A DNA stretch of 64,000 bases from Smithella sp. (GCA_049523355.1 JBEKMY010000009.1:3539-67538); one strand, 5' to 3'; shown: positions 54,516 to 64,000, numbered from the stretch's first letter. Translations and numbers: made by a program. The notes: generated by a model from the sequence alone, not told the origin.

Positions 54516-55427
54516 TTACATAAGATCGAGAAGCTTCTTGCCGCCTTTTTCCAGAACGATGTTTGCCAGTTTCTCTCCCAATTCTTCAGCATCTTCCCTG
54601 GAGCCGCTTATTTTTTCACGAATCATTGTAGAACCGTCCGGCGCGGTAATCATGCCTTCCAGTGAAAGTCTCTGACCTTCGAGTTTGCCAAGCGCCGCAA
54701 TAGGCAGACGGCATCCTCCTCCCAACGTCCTCAAAAAAGAACGCTCGGCGGTAACTTCCGCGGCGGTTGTCACATCATTCAATGCGGCACAGGCTTTTGC
54801 CAGTTCAACATCGGTCTTACGAATCTGCAAGCCCAGCGCGCCCTGACCGACTGCCGGAAGCATCATTTCCACCGGCAGAAATTGCGTAATTTTTTCGGCC
54901 AATCCCATCCTTTTCATGCCTGCTGCGGCAAGTATTACACCCGTGAGGTTTTCCGTTTCTATCTTTTTTAACCGTGTTTCAATGTTGCCGCGCAGCGGCA
55001 CAATATTAACATCGGGCAGTATCGCTTTAATTTGCGCGCCGCGCCTCTGAGAGCCTGTGCCGATTTTCGCCCCTTTGGGCATAGATTCCATTTTGATGTT
55101 GTCGCGCGACACCAGAACATCGCGCATGTCTTCGCGCGGCAGAATCGCCGCGAACATCAGTTCATCGAGCGTTTCCCCCGGAACATCCTTCATGCTGTGC
55201 ACCGCCAGATCAATCTTTTTAGAGAGCAGGGCATCTTCAAGCTCCTTGACGAAAACACCCTGACCGCCGATTGTAAGCAAAGATACATCCTGCATAATAT
55301 CGCCGCTGGTTTTAATTACACAAATCTCGATATTTGTTTCCGGCATTATTCTTCTTAATTTATCAGCGACATAATTTGTCTGGGTCAATGCCAGCTTGCT
55401 GCCGCGTGTCCCTATTTTAAAATTCAT
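54516..55427 (-). CDS. hemC: hydroxymethylbilane synthase (porphobilinogen deaminase)
   Basis: IGTRGS.LAL.Q, HS.KD.P, RGN..TRL signatures. Confidence 0.95.
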   Translation of the reverse strand: MNFKIGTRGSKLALTQTNYVADKLRRIMPETNIEICVIKTSGDIMQDVSLLTIGGQGVFVKELEDALLSKKIDLAVHSMKDVPGETLDELMFAAILPREDMRDVLVSRDNIKMESMPKGAKIGTGSQRRGAQIKAILPDVNIVPLRGNIETRLKKIETENLTGVILAAAGMKRMGLAEKITQFLPVEMMLPAVGQGALGLQIRKTDVELAKACAALNDVTTAAEVTAERSFLRTLGGGCRLPIAALGKLEGQRLSLEGMITAPDGSTMIREKISGSREDAEELGEKLANIVLEKGGKKLLDLM

Positions 55428-55448
55428 AAAATCGCACCAATTATACTA

Positions 55449-56711
55449 CTATCCATCCAAACGAAAAAGCCGCCGCACCACCGCAACAATATCGCGGGAG
55501 TTGAATTCAGAGCTTTCTTCTTTTAAAACCGCCACTGGAGAATGCAATACCTTGTTTACGATAGAGTTAACCAGATTATCTATTCTTTCCTGATCTTCCT
55601 TATTAAAATTTTGCATCCAGCCCGCAGCCTTCTCCATCTCCGCCTTGATAATTTCTTCGGTCTTGCTGCGTAGTGATATGATTGTCGGCACGGATTCCAG
55701 TTCTTTCTGCCAGTTGATATATCTTGTTACTTCCTCTTCCACAATCATTTCGGCCTTAACAGCTTCTTTCCTGCGAACATTGATGTTTTCATCCACTATG
55801 CCCTGAAGGTCATCAATATTGTACAGATAAACATTCTCCAGCGAACTTGCCGCCGGTTCGATATCGCGGGGCATGGCGATATCAATCAAAAATAACAGGC
55901 GGTTTTTTCGCCGATGATGAATTCTTTTGAGTATATCGGCGGTAACAATGAAGTCGGGAGCACCGGTTGAGCTGATGACAATATCCGCCTCAATCAGTTT
56001 TGCATCCAATGATTCGAGCGATACCGCTTCTCCGTGGAATTTTTCCGCCAGAAGTCCGGCCTGCGCAAGCGTTCTGTTGGCAATTATTATTGACTCCGCT
56101 CCGTTGCTGATTAGATGCATCCCTGTCAATTCGGCCATTTCCCCGGCTCCGATCAACAGGATTCTCTTGCCGTCAAGCGAGCCGAATATTTTTTTGGCCA
56201 GTTCCACCGCGGCATAACTGACAGAGACAGGGTTGACCGCAATAGCCGTTTCCGTACGGACACGTTTGGCCGCGCGAAAAGAACAATGCATCAAACGATT
56301 CAAAACTACACCGGTTGCATACTTCGCCAGTGCCTGACGATAGGCATCTTTGACCTGTCCGAGAATCTGAGTCTCGCCCATTACCATTGAATCAAGGCTT
56401 GATGCCACGCGAAAAATATGGCGCACCGCTTCCTCATTGCGGTATTCGTAAAAACAATTTGCCGCTTCGTCTGGGGTCAAACCGCCGCTAGCAGCCACAA
56501 AATCACGGAGGTCTTTTACTTCTTTTCCATGTTCCTCAACACTGGCAATAATTTCAATACGGTTACAGGTGGAAAGATACAGAACTTCCCCCACGCCGTT
56601 TAATGACTTAAGGCGGGCAAGTATGTCTTTTTCCTCCTGACAACCGGCAAATATCTTTTCCCGGACAGCAATTGAAGCTGTTTTATGATTCAAGCCTATT
56701 AATACAATCAT
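55449..56711 (-). CDS. hemA: glutamyl-tRNA reductase
   Basis: LSTCNRIE catalytic Cys motif, GAGEMAEL NADPH site. Confidence 0.95.
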   Translation of the reverse strand: MIVLIGLNHKTASIAVREKIFAGCQEEKDILARLKSLNGVGEVLYLSTCNRIEIIASVEEHGKEVKDLRDFVAASGGLTPDEAANCFYEYRNEEAVRHIFRVASSLDSMVMGETQILGQVKDAYRQALAKYATGVVLNRLMHCSFRAAKRVRTETAIAVNPVSVSYAAVELAKKIFGSLDGKRILLIGAGEMAELTGMHLISNGAESIIIANRTLAQAGLLAEKFHGEAVSLESLDAKLIEADIVISSTGAPDFIVTADILKRIHHRRKNRLLFLIDIAMPRDIEPAASSLENVYLYNIDDLQGIVDENINVRRKEAVKAEMIVEEEVTRYINWQKELESVPTIISLRSKTEEIIKAEMEKAAGWMQNFNKEDQERIDNLVNSIVNKVLHSPVAVLKEESSEFNSRDIVAVVRRLFRLDG

Positions 56712-56714
56712 ATT

Positions 56715-57545
56715 TTAAATAAAGTTATGCAAAGTTGAAAAACAAAATCTCACGCTTCCATAGGATAACAAAAGAAGAATAAATGCTGCGCAGGAAACCA
56801 AAGCCATCCGATAGCCTCTCCAGCCAATGGCAAGGCGCTGATGCAAAAGAGAACCATAGATAATCCAGCCGGCAAAAGTCCAGATAATTTTGGGATCAGT
56901 AAGCCATCCTGCCTGCCAGCTGAATTCCGCAAATACCATCCCTGCCAAAACCCCAACTGATAAAACCGGGAACCCCCATAGAAGACAAATATAATTAATC
57001 CTGTCCAGGTCATTGAGTGACGGCAACAGCCTGCTCATCTTGCTTAATTTCCTATTTTTCAGCAGGCCGTTTTGAATTATGAACATGGCTCCAGCACACG
57101 ATGCAAGTATAAATAAAGATTCCCCTGTAATTGTTAAGAACACATGCGCCGCAGTCAGCCAGCTTTGTAAATTTGCAGGCAGCAGGATTTTACCGACCTG
57201 CTGCCCGGCGGCGGCAATCATGAACAAAAATATGAAAGGAGAAATGAAAGCTCCAAGCGATCTTGTTTTGGTTTTGAATTGCAGGGCAAGATAAACTCCG
57301 CTTACCGACCAGGCGCAAAGGGAAAGAAAATCACGCGAACCGAGATTAAACATCCCGGAGGAATTTATGACCGAGAACAATAAATTAATTGTTAAAAAAC
57401 AGAATGCGGCGGACAAAATCCAGGTGGACATTTTTGCCAGTTTTATTTTTTTTATCAGGAGTGAAAGCAAATAACCTGCTGTGCTTACGGCGCAGAGGAC
57501 AAACGCAATTTTAAATAAAATCATTTCCAGATCAATTAAAGTCAA
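56715..57545 (-). CDS. CcsA/HemX-like cytochrome c assembly family membrane protein
   Basis: 8-TM protein with the Trp-rich segment WGFPVLSVGVLAGMVFAEFSW..GW..DPK, adjacent to hemA. Confidence 0.7.
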   Translation of the reverse strand: MTLIDLEMILFKIAFVLCAVSTAGYLLSLLIKKIKLAKMSTWILSAAFCFLTINLLFSVINSSGMFNLGSRDFLSLCAWSVSGVYLALQFKTKTRSLGAFISPFIFLFMIAAAGQQVGKILLPANLQSWLTAAHVFLTITGESLFILASCAGAMFIIQNGLLKNRKLSKMSRLLPSLNDLDRINYICLLWGFPVLSVGVLAGMVFAEFSWQAGWLTDPKIIWTFAGWIIYGSLLHQRLAIGWRGYRMALVSCAAFILLLLSYGSVRFCFSTLHNFI

Positions 57546-58173
57546 TTTCTATTTCCTCTCCCGTAATTTTCTGCACTATCTCTTTCACTTTATTTACATC
57601 CTTCGCCTTAATAAAATCCAGCAGGCCCGCCGACAATAAAGACCCAAACCAATCTTTGCCAACACCGGCATTTTTTGCCATTTTGACGCGCAGGCCGCCT
57701 AAAATGTTCAAAAGCACTTCATATTCTTTTCCATATTCGGATTCCAGTTCTTCTCTTAGATGGCGGGCAAGAGCGGGACTTTTGCCGCCGGTGCCTACCG
57801 CTATTGCCAGATCACCCCTCTGCACAAGCGAAGGCAGAATAAAATCGCATTTTTGAGGATCATCAACAATATTTACCGGTATTCCTTTGCCTCGGGCATC
57901 AAGGGATATCATCGCATTGGTTTTTTCATCATCAGTCGCCCCGATAATCAAAGCGGCGCCGTCTATCAAATCGCCCGAGTATTGGGCGGCAATGTGAGAA
58001 ATCACCTTTTTTTCTTTCAGCCCGGCAAGTTCCGGGGTGAGCAGAGGGCTGATTATGAAAACTTTAGCGCCGCAATCAAGTAGCCTTTCGGCCTTTCTTG
58101 CGGCAACTTCGCCACCGCCGACAATGACGCATTTTTTGTCTTTAATGTCCAGAAAAATCGGGTAATATTTCAA
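57532..58173 (-). CDS. precorrin-2 dehydrogenase / sirohydrochlorin ferrochelatase (SirC/CysG N-domain type)
   Basis: YPIFLD...VVGGGEVAARK Rossmann start typical of siroheme synthase N-terminal domains. Confidence 0.85.
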   Translation of the reverse strand: MKYYPIFLDIKDKKCVIVGGGEVAARKAERLLDCGAKVFIISPLLTPELAGLKEKKVISHIAAQYSGDLIDGAALIIGATDDEKTNAMISLDARGKGIPVNIVDDPQKCDFILPSLVQRGDLAIAVGTGGKSPALARHLREELESEYGKEYEVLLNILGGLRVKMAKNAGVGKDWFGSLLSAGLLDFIKAKDVNKVKEIVQKITGEEIEIDFN

Positions 58174-58466
58174 GGGCTTACTTCCTGTAATTCTATAATA
58201 GTCATGCCTTAGACCTAATTCATGACATTGCTAAATCAAAGATGATATCAAAACGGCTTAGGAAGAGACAACAAGGCATATTATACAAACGTTTCCGAAG
58301 CCGTAAGCGACGCCATCAAAGACAGCGCTTTGATTTAGAAATGGCATTGGAAAGCTATCACGAAGGCGGGTAATTTTCAAGAAAGGTTATTGCCGTCAAT
58401 AATTATTGAAATAATTAATTTAAAGGAGAAAAAAGCGCTTTAATGTCCTTGAGAAAACCATGTTTG

Positions 58467-58590
58467 GGGACTGTTCAAAAAGGTTCAGATGCAAGGCGCG
58501 CAAGAAATTGCACCGCGAGGCGTATAAGAAATACATTGAGCGGTGCGGTTTTGCCGCGCAACACAGCAGATGACCTTTTTTAACAGTCCC
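58467..58590 (+). repeat. MITE-like intergenic repeat, copy E (with 17-bp terminal inverted repeats)
   Basis: gggactgttcaaaaagg...ccttttttaacagtccc (16/17 complementary). The interior matches copy D (tcagatgcaaggc, gaggcgta). Confidence 0.7.
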
Positions 58591-58594
58591 ACTT

Positions 58595-59704
58595 TTACTC
58601 GGAGAATTCTACCCTATTGCGTCCGCTTTTTTTGGCTTTATACATGGCGCTATCCGCACGTGAGATAGTTTTATCAATATCTTCATTCGTTTTATGCTGG
58701 GACAGACCGATGGAAACCGTAACCCTGGAATCAGAACCTAATTCAGGGAAAAAGCTATCTTCAACGCAAACACGGATACGTTCCGCAAACACTTTCGCAT
58801 CCTGAAGATCCGTTTCGGCAAGCACAATCAGAAATTCCTCGCCTCCATAACGTCCGCAAAAATCAGTTTTACGCAAAACGCTGCGAATAATGGCAGAAAA
58901 GGTCATCAATACATTATCTCCGGCCTGATGCCCGTATGTGTCGTTGATATTTTTAAATTTATCAACATCCATCATAACAAGAGAAAAAACAGACCCCGTT
59001 CTCACACAACGATTGTTTTCGGTTTCAATGAGTTCCATCAGATGACGGCGATTATAAAATCCAGTCAGATCATCGTGAATCGCCATTTCCCGGATCATTA
59101 TCAAGGATGATTGAAGCTGTTTCCGGCTGCCGCTTAAATCCCGGCGGAGAGAACTGATATTGCCCCCAATAAAAGAAACGGAAATAAGGACAATAGCCAA
59201 CCCGATCCATTGGAAAACTTCAATCTTAAAATTAATATCCTGCGGACGAAAAATTTGCAGCAAAAAGATATCAATTCCATAAGTCAAAAGGATAAAAGCG
59301 CTCGCATACAAAAACTGCCTGGTATCCAGGCGGAAAATGCCAAACAAGAGTATCAGTATGTATATTGAAAAAATGATGCCTCTGGCTTCATATACAAAAA
59401 ATATTGTATACATTACAACAAGACTGGCTACGCAAATCTGGAGAAAAGTCAAACTGGGATCTTTCATCCTCTGGTTCAAACCAGTACGAAAGATAATATA
59501 CAAAACAATATTGATAGCCAGAATGATAATCCAGTTCCAGTAAAAAACCTTCAACGACATAATGCCTGCCTGATAGGCTAAATAAGTGAGAGAAAGATTT
59601 AAGATATAAATACTCAAGGATATAAAAAAGCGGCGCATGCGAAGAGCCTGCCTGGGGTCATCCTTGGGGATGATGGAAAAATTGAAGGTCATTAAAGATA
59701 CCAA
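58595..59704 (-). CDS. membrane-anchored diguanylate cyclase (GGDEF)
   Basis: Six hydrophobic segments, then a GGDEF domain with RYGGEEF and an RxxD-like site. Confidence 0.85.
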   Translation of the reverse strand: MVSLMTFNFSIIPKDDPRQALRMRRFFISLSIYILNLSLTYLAYQAGIMSLKVFYWNWIIILAINIVLYIIFRTGLNQRMKDPSLTFLQICVASLVVMYTIFFVYEARGIIFSIYILILLFGIFRLDTRQFLYASAFILLTYGIDIFLLQIFRPQDINFKIEVFQWIGLAIVLISVSFIGGNISSLRRDLSGSRKQLQSSLIMIREMAIHDDLTGFYNRRHLMELIETENNRCVRTGSVFSLVMMDVDKFKNINDTYGHQAGDNVLMTFSAIIRSVLRKTDFCGRYGGEEFLIVLAETDLQDAKVFAERIRVCVEDSFFPELGSDSRVTVSIGLSQHKTNEDIDKTISRADSAMYKAKKSGRNRVEFSE

Positions 59705-59896
59705 AAAAAGTTTCGTTGACTTTCAAAGATAAGCGTTTGGAAACTTTAAATTTATTTAATGGAAATTCATTCTAACGTTTTGTAATATAAAAACTATTAT
59801 GTGTCAATGTGATCATCAGGCTTGAATTTGACTTGGAATAAGAACTTCACCCTTTATTGTAAACAGATAATTAAATGATCCTTCTATTACTATTTT

Positions 59897-61000
59897 TCAA
59901 AATATGGTTCTTCTGCCGTTATATCTTCCGGTATCGTAATATTTTTCTACGTCAACCAGTTTTAATTTATTGATAATCCCCGCAAGCGGAGCAGTGGTGA
60001 TTTCTCCATGCTCCAAACTTACCATGCTTCCGAAATTACCTTTGGCAATCATATCAACCGCTGCAATGCCAAACCATCTGGCCATCAGGCGGTCATGAGC
60101 AGAAGGTGTTCCGCCACGCTGAAGATGACTCAAGATAATATGACGCGATTCCAAACCGGTTTTCTTTTCAATCTCGCTGGCAACATAATTGGCGATCCCA
60201 CCTACAGAAACATGTCCGAAATCATCAACATAACTGTCTTTAAGAAATTCCTGCCGTCCTAGAAGCTTGGCCCCTTCCGCAACCACGATAATGGAATAAT
60301 TTATTTCTCTGCCCTTTCTTTCACGCAGAAGTTCACAGACTTTCTCCATATCAAAAGGATATTCAGGTATCAGAACGATATAAGCTCCGCTGCATTCGCC
60401 GCCATGCAGAGCAAGCCAGCCGGCATGACGCCCCATAGTTTCCACAACAAAAATGCGGCTGTGGGAACCGGCAGTCGTTCTCAAGCGGTCAATTTCTTCT
60501 GTAATAATATTAACCGCCGTGTCAAAACCGAGCGAATAATCTGTTCCGGCGAGATCATTGTCTATTGTTTTGGGGATGCCTACCGTTTTAATGCCCAGTT
60601 TGTGTAGTTTATAAGCGACACCCAGAGTATCTTCTCCGCCGATAGCAACAATAACATCAATACCAAGTTTTTTGATATTATCAATCAACCGCTCCGAACG
60701 ATCATTTTTCGGATTAAAGGGATTTGTCCGCGATGTTCCCAGATTTGTGCCGCCATAACGATCCCATGCCCGAACGATTTCTTCATCTAAAGGCTTTAAA
60801 TGCCGGGCGCAACTCTTCTGATCCCCGGGATCAACATCCACAATGCCCCTCCAGCCTTCAACAATACCCATGACTTCAAAAGATATCGAACGGTTCGCTG
60901 CTATTTTGGAATCAAGAGCGCTTTTTGTAACCCATTTAATCGCTCCGTTCAAACCGGGGCAATCTCCACCACCCGTTAGTATTGCTATTTTCATTTTCAT
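59897..61000 (-). CDS. pfp: 6-phosphofructokinase, pyrophosphate-dependent-type signature
   Basis: GGGDCPGLN, GGED (Asp at the E. coli Gly104 position) and PKTIDND (Lys at the Gly124 position). Confidence 0.75.
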   Translation of the reverse strand: MKMKIAILTGGGDCPGLNGAIKWVTKSALDSKIAANRSISFEVMGIVEGWRGIVDVDPGDQKSCARHLKPLDEEIVRAWDRYGGTNLGTSRTNPFNPKNDRSERLIDNIKKLGIDVIVAIGGEDTLGVAYKLHKLGIKTVGIPKTIDNDLAGTDYSLGFDTAVNIITEEIDRLRTTAGSHSRIFVVETMGRHAGWLALHGGECSGAYIVLIPEYPFDMEKVCELLRERKGREINYSIIVVAEGAKLLGRQEFLKDSYVDDFGHVSVGGIANYVASEIEKKTGLESRHIILSHLQRGGTPSAHDRLMARWFGIAAVDMIAKGNFGSMVSLEHGEITTAPLAGIINKLKLVDVEKYYDTGRYNGRRTIF

Positions 61001-61221
61001 ATTTTTTCACTCTCCAGAACATTGAAAGTTTAAAATATATTATCACGGTTTTCGCAATATTATAGATGTATCAAAACGGTTTTTTGTCAGGGAAACTCCT
61101 CTTTGTATCAACTGTATACTACCGCAAAACCGGCCAAGATTCTATTTTAATTTTGTTTAGAATACTTGAAATATTACATAAAAGAATATATATCTATATA
61201 AAATACAGAGCAGGATTATTC

Positions 61222-62166
61222 ATGGTAGAAAAAGAAACCGGAAAATGGCTTAAAATTGAAATATCTGCTCCCCCGGAGCTTATGGACGCACTGGGAAATT
61301 TTCTTACCGAAACCGGAGCACAGGGCGTATTTCAAGAATCGCTGGCGCCTCAGAACACTGCTGCGGACTTTCCTGAACCGTCAATCGAAGGAACACTCAA
61401 AGTTTATTTCCCACAGGATAACCGCAGCGAAAAACGAATAATTACCTTACAAAAATATATAAACAGTCTTGATGAAATATTTCCTGATTTTGAAAAACCA
61501 TCGTTTACAACCGAAATCATATGCGATCCCGACTGGGGAGAACAGTGGAAAAAATATTTTATGCCCATAAGGGTAAGCAACAATATCATCGTCAAACCGA
61601 CATGGGAAAGATATACGCCTTCCAGCCGCGATATTGTAATTGAAATTGACCCGGGAATGGCCTTTGGCACCGGTCAGCACGCGTCCACAAGAATGTGCAT
61701 CGAAGCGATTGAAGACATCATCATGAACGACCGCTCCATCAAGGAATGGAAGGTCATGGATGTCGGTTGCGGTACCGGTATACTCGGCATCACCGCCGCC
61801 AAGATGGGTGCTCAGGATGTCATCTGCGTAGATACTGATAAAAAGGCTGTAGAAATTGCCGGTGAAAATGCGGCCATTAATAATGTAAAAACATCCATGC
61901 GCATTTTAAATAAAAATGTCGCTTCCATCGACAAACAGCGCAATTTGATCATCGCCAATCTTACTTCCAATTTACTTTTAACTCTCCGCCCGCACCTGGT
62001 TCAATTGCTTTTGCCGGAAGGATATATGATTATTTCGGGCATCATTGAACAAGACGCCAAAAATGTCGGGGAACAATTTTCCGCCGATCCCATGACACTC
62101 CATAAAATGATAACGGAAAAAGAATGGGTCTGTTACGTGCTCAGGAAAAAATCAATATGTGCATAG
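61222..62166 (+). CDS. prmA: ribosomal protein L11 methyltransferase
   Basis: IDPGMAFGTGQHASTRMC, DVGCGTGILG SAM motif. Start at MVEKETGKW (61222), not the ORF-track 61066. Confidence 0.85.
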   Translation: MVEKETGKWLKIEISAPPELMDALGNFLTETGAQGVFQESLAPQNTAADFPEPSIEGTLKVYFPQDNRSEKRIITLQKYINSLDEIFPDFEKPSFTTEIICDPDWGEQWKKYFMPIRVSNNIIVKPTWERYTPSSRDIVIEIDPGMAFGTGQHASTRMCIEAIEDIIMNDRSIKEWKVMDVGCGTGILGITAAKMGAQDVICVDTDKKAVEIAGENAAINNVKTSMRILNKNVASIDKQRNLIIANLTSNLLLTLRPHLVQLLLPEGYMIISGIIEQDAKNVGEQFSADPMTLHKMITEKEWVCYVLRKKSICA

Positions 62167-62220
62167 CTTAAGCTGGCTATCTTATAAGTCTGAAATAACA
62201 TTTTTCAAGGAAAATGAATC

Positions 62221-63003
62221 TTGACCATTCCCCGAATATACAGCCCAAATTCTCTGGAAAATAAAACAATTTGCGAACTCGGACAGGACAATTTAAAATA
62301 TTTAAAACAGGTAATGCGTCTGAAACAGGGTGAAAGGATTCACGTTTTTGACGGTTTTGGCAGGGAGTTTGAAGCCATCATTAAAAGTTATTCCACAAAA
62401 ACTGTTTTGATAGAGTTGGGAAAAATAATCCCGGCGGCAAACAAGAAAATCCGAATCACACTAGCTCAGGCCATACCCAAAGCAAAAAAAATGGATACAA
62501 TTGTAAAAAGCGCCTCTGAACTGGGAGCGGATGTAATTATTCCTTTTGATGCCGCGCGGTCAGTCAGTCATATTGCCGATGAAAAGGGTTCTTTAAAAAT
62601 CGCTCGCTGGCAAAAAATAGCCGGAGAAGCGGCGCGCTGTTGCCACAGCAATCATGTAGCAAAAGTATCAAGAATTTTATCTTTTGCTGACATGCTCACT
62701 GCGGCTTCAGATGATGCCCTTCGATTGATTTTCTGGGAGGAAGAATCTCAGAAAACCATTAAAGATATATTGACGGATCAAGCCTTTGCTGCCAAAAAGG
62801 ATTTTTTTATTGCCGTCGGGCCTGAAGGCGGTTTTTCCAAAGACGAAGTTATGATGACAAAAGAAGCTGGATTTCTTTCGGTAACTTTAGGCAGGCAAAT
62901 TCTAAAAGTTGAAACGGCGGCGGTGGCAATAATATCTATAATCCAATACGAAAAAGGTATCTTTGGCAATAGATCGCAGGAGGTAAAAAATGACTACTTA
63001 TAA
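62221..63003 (+). CDS. rsmE: 16S rRNA (uracil1498-N3)-methyltransferase RsmE
   Basis: H..KVMRLK.G-like N-terminus, IGPEGGFS and LG.RILK(R)VETA C-terminal motifs. TTG start. Confidence 0.85.
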   Translation: MTIPRIYSPNSLENKTICELGQDNLKYLKQVMRLKQGERIHVFDGFGREFEAIIKSYSTKTVLIELGKIIPAANKKIRITLAQAIPKAKKMDTIVKSASELGADVIIPFDAARSVSHIADEKGSLKIARWQKIAGEAARCCHSNHVAKVSRILSFADMLTAASDDALRLIFWEEESQKTIKDILTDQAFAAKKDFFIAVGPEGGFSKDEVMMTKEAGFLSVTLGRQILKVETAAVAIISIIQYEKGIFGNRSQEVKNDYL

Positions 63004-63589
63004 ATATGCAGGTTTTTGGCGGCGCCTGGTAGCTTTCAGTATTGACAGCACAATCGCCTTCTTTATTTTTATTATTCTCTTTACGATCGCGTCACTGGCA
63101 TTTTTTTCAGGAGCCATTTCAGGAAACAGTCAGGTCTTTTTTGCCGATTTAACCGATCCTGCAGGTTTTTCTCCAGTTATGATATTTTCATGTATTTTTT
63201 TTATTTTCGTTAACCTTGCTTATTTTACATATTTTCACGGTGCGACAGGCCGGACACCGGGGAAAATGCTTTTAGGCTTGCAGGTAGTTTCTGACGATGG
63301 TGCGAGTATTTCCTTTGGAATCGCTTTTTTGAGGGCAGTGGGTTATTTTGTTTCTAATATATTTTATCTTGGTTTTATCTGGGTCGCCTTTGACAAAAAA
63401 AAACAGGGATGGCACGACAAAATAGCAGGTACTGTTGTTATCATTAGGGAAAGAGAAAATAATACCGCAGGGATATCCATTCCTGATAGTCCAACGGTTT
63501 TGCCCGAAACGCAACAGCAGATGCAGCAACATGAGGAAATTAAAGAGCAAAATAATCAGGCGGACAGAATACCGGAAAGCAGAGATTAA
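62990..63589 (+). CDS. RDD-family membrane protein
   Basis: YAGFWRRL.AF.ID...GKM..GL.VV...G....W...GWHDK.AGT.V pattern. Confidence 0.8.
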   Translation: MTTYKYAGFWRRLVAFSIDSTIAFFIFIILFTIASLAFFSGAISGNSQVFFADLTDPAGFSPVMIFSCIFFIFVNLAYFTYFHGATGRTPGKMLLGLQVVSDDGASISFGIAFLRAVGYFVSNIFYLGFIWVAFDKKKQGWHDKIAGTVVIIRERENNTAGISIPDSPTVLPETQQQMQQHEEIKEQNNQADRIPESRD

Positions 63590-63689
63590 CAGGAAATAAG
63601 AAGTGAATGTGGTGGGAAAAAACACCTTGACAAAAGAAATCTAATTCTATAGACGGTGACATTGTTTTACAGGATTAAATTAATCCGGT

Positions 63690-63765
63690 GGGCCGGTAGC
63701 TCAGTCGGTAGAGCATCGGACTGAAAATCCGAGTGTCGACAGTTCAATTCTGTCCTGGCCCACCA
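63690..63765 (+). tRNA. tRNA-Phe (GAA), CCA encoded
   Basis: Folded by hand: 7-bp acceptor stem (one G-U), D arm gctc/gagc, anticodon loop cuGAAaa, 5-nt variable loop, T arm gacag-ttcaatt-ctgtc, discriminator A, CCA. Confidence 0.95.
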
Positions 63766-63770
63766 TAAAA

Positions 63771-64000
63771 TCAAGAGGTTACGAGTCGTAAAAACGGTTT
63801 GTGACCTCTCTTTTTTTGGTCGTGTGCTAAATTTGTGCTAATTTGTTTCTCGACCTTATCCATGACCTCTATACTGGATCGCAGACTGTCCGTGTCATAG
63901 TGTCCGTACCTTGTTACCATGGACAATGTTTTCCACCTTCCCAATTTCTGAACTGCGTAAATATCCACTCCACTCCTGACAAGTCTTGTGGCAAAAGTAT
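63771..64000 (-). CDS. tyrosine recombinase/integrase, C-terminal part (5' end outside window)
   Basis: ...FATRLVRSGVDIYAVQKLGRWKTLSMVTRYGHY contains the conserved C-terminal HxxR...Y region. The stop lies 6 nt from the tRNA-Phe 3' end. Confidence 0.8.
   Translation of the reverse strand, partial: TFATRLVRSGVDIYAVQKLGRWKTLSMVTRYGHYDTDSLRSSIEVMDKVEKQISTNLAHDQKKRGHKPFLRLVTS

Noticed and set aside
58240-58372. 42-aa highly basic ORF (MISKRLRKRQQGILYKRFRSRKRRHQRQRF...) upstream of the haem operon
   Set aside because: It has no RBS and no recognisable family. It is most likely a chance ORF in a promoter region.
61066-61221. N-terminal 52-aa extension of PrmA proposed by the ORF track
   Set aside because: The extension is AT-rich, low-complexity and hydrophobic/basic. 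PrmA homology begins at MVEKETGKWLKIEI (ATG 61222).

Overview
This looks like a 64-kb chromosomal segment from an anaerobic, AT-leaning bacterium. The siroheme-dependent (Ahb) haem pathway and the intergenic repeat families suggest a sulfate-reducer-like Desulfobacterota genome; that is inference only.

Gene content in order:
1. 0-26 kb: an acyl-CoA metabolism region. It holds two 4-hydroxybutyryl-CoA dehydratase (AbfD-type) paralogs, crotonases, an SDR, an aldehyde dehydrogenase, two TetR regulators, and a split B12-dependent acyl-CoA mutase operon with MeaB and a corrinoid adenosyltransferase. A giant Sel1-repeat protein and a cold-shock gene are interspersed.
2. 26-32 kb: an NhaD-like antiporter, FdhE, and a SIS-domain gene followed by grpE-dnaK.
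3. 32.4-35.8 kb: an intact IS1595-family transposon with 24-bp inverted repeats and a perfect 8-bp target duplication, inserted in the dnaK terminator T-tract. Its cargo is a tightly coupled four-gene operon: an unknown 284-aa protein, a PIN nuclease, a 48-aa peptide and a ClpP-fold protease. I consider this the best candidate for an undescribed toxin/defence-like system.
4. 36-45 kb: surE, a universal stress protein, a MORN protein and a glycerolipid cluster (GpsA-like, acyltransferase/hydrolase fusion, GDPD).
5. 46-58 kb: polA and a near-complete siroheme-dependent haem cluster (sirC, ccsA-like, hemA, hemC, cobA-hemD, ahbC, hemB, ahbD, ahbA/B). A hairpin-flanked GIY-YIG mini-element interrupts it.
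6. 58-64 kb: GGDEF, a PPi-type PFK, prmA, rsmE, an RDD protein, tRNA-Phe and the 3' end of a tyrosine integrase, which marks the start of an island leaving the window.

A MITE-like intergenic repeat family occurs at least five times, including inside the mutase operon.

All calls rest on reading the ORF translations and the DNA by eye. No database searches were run.
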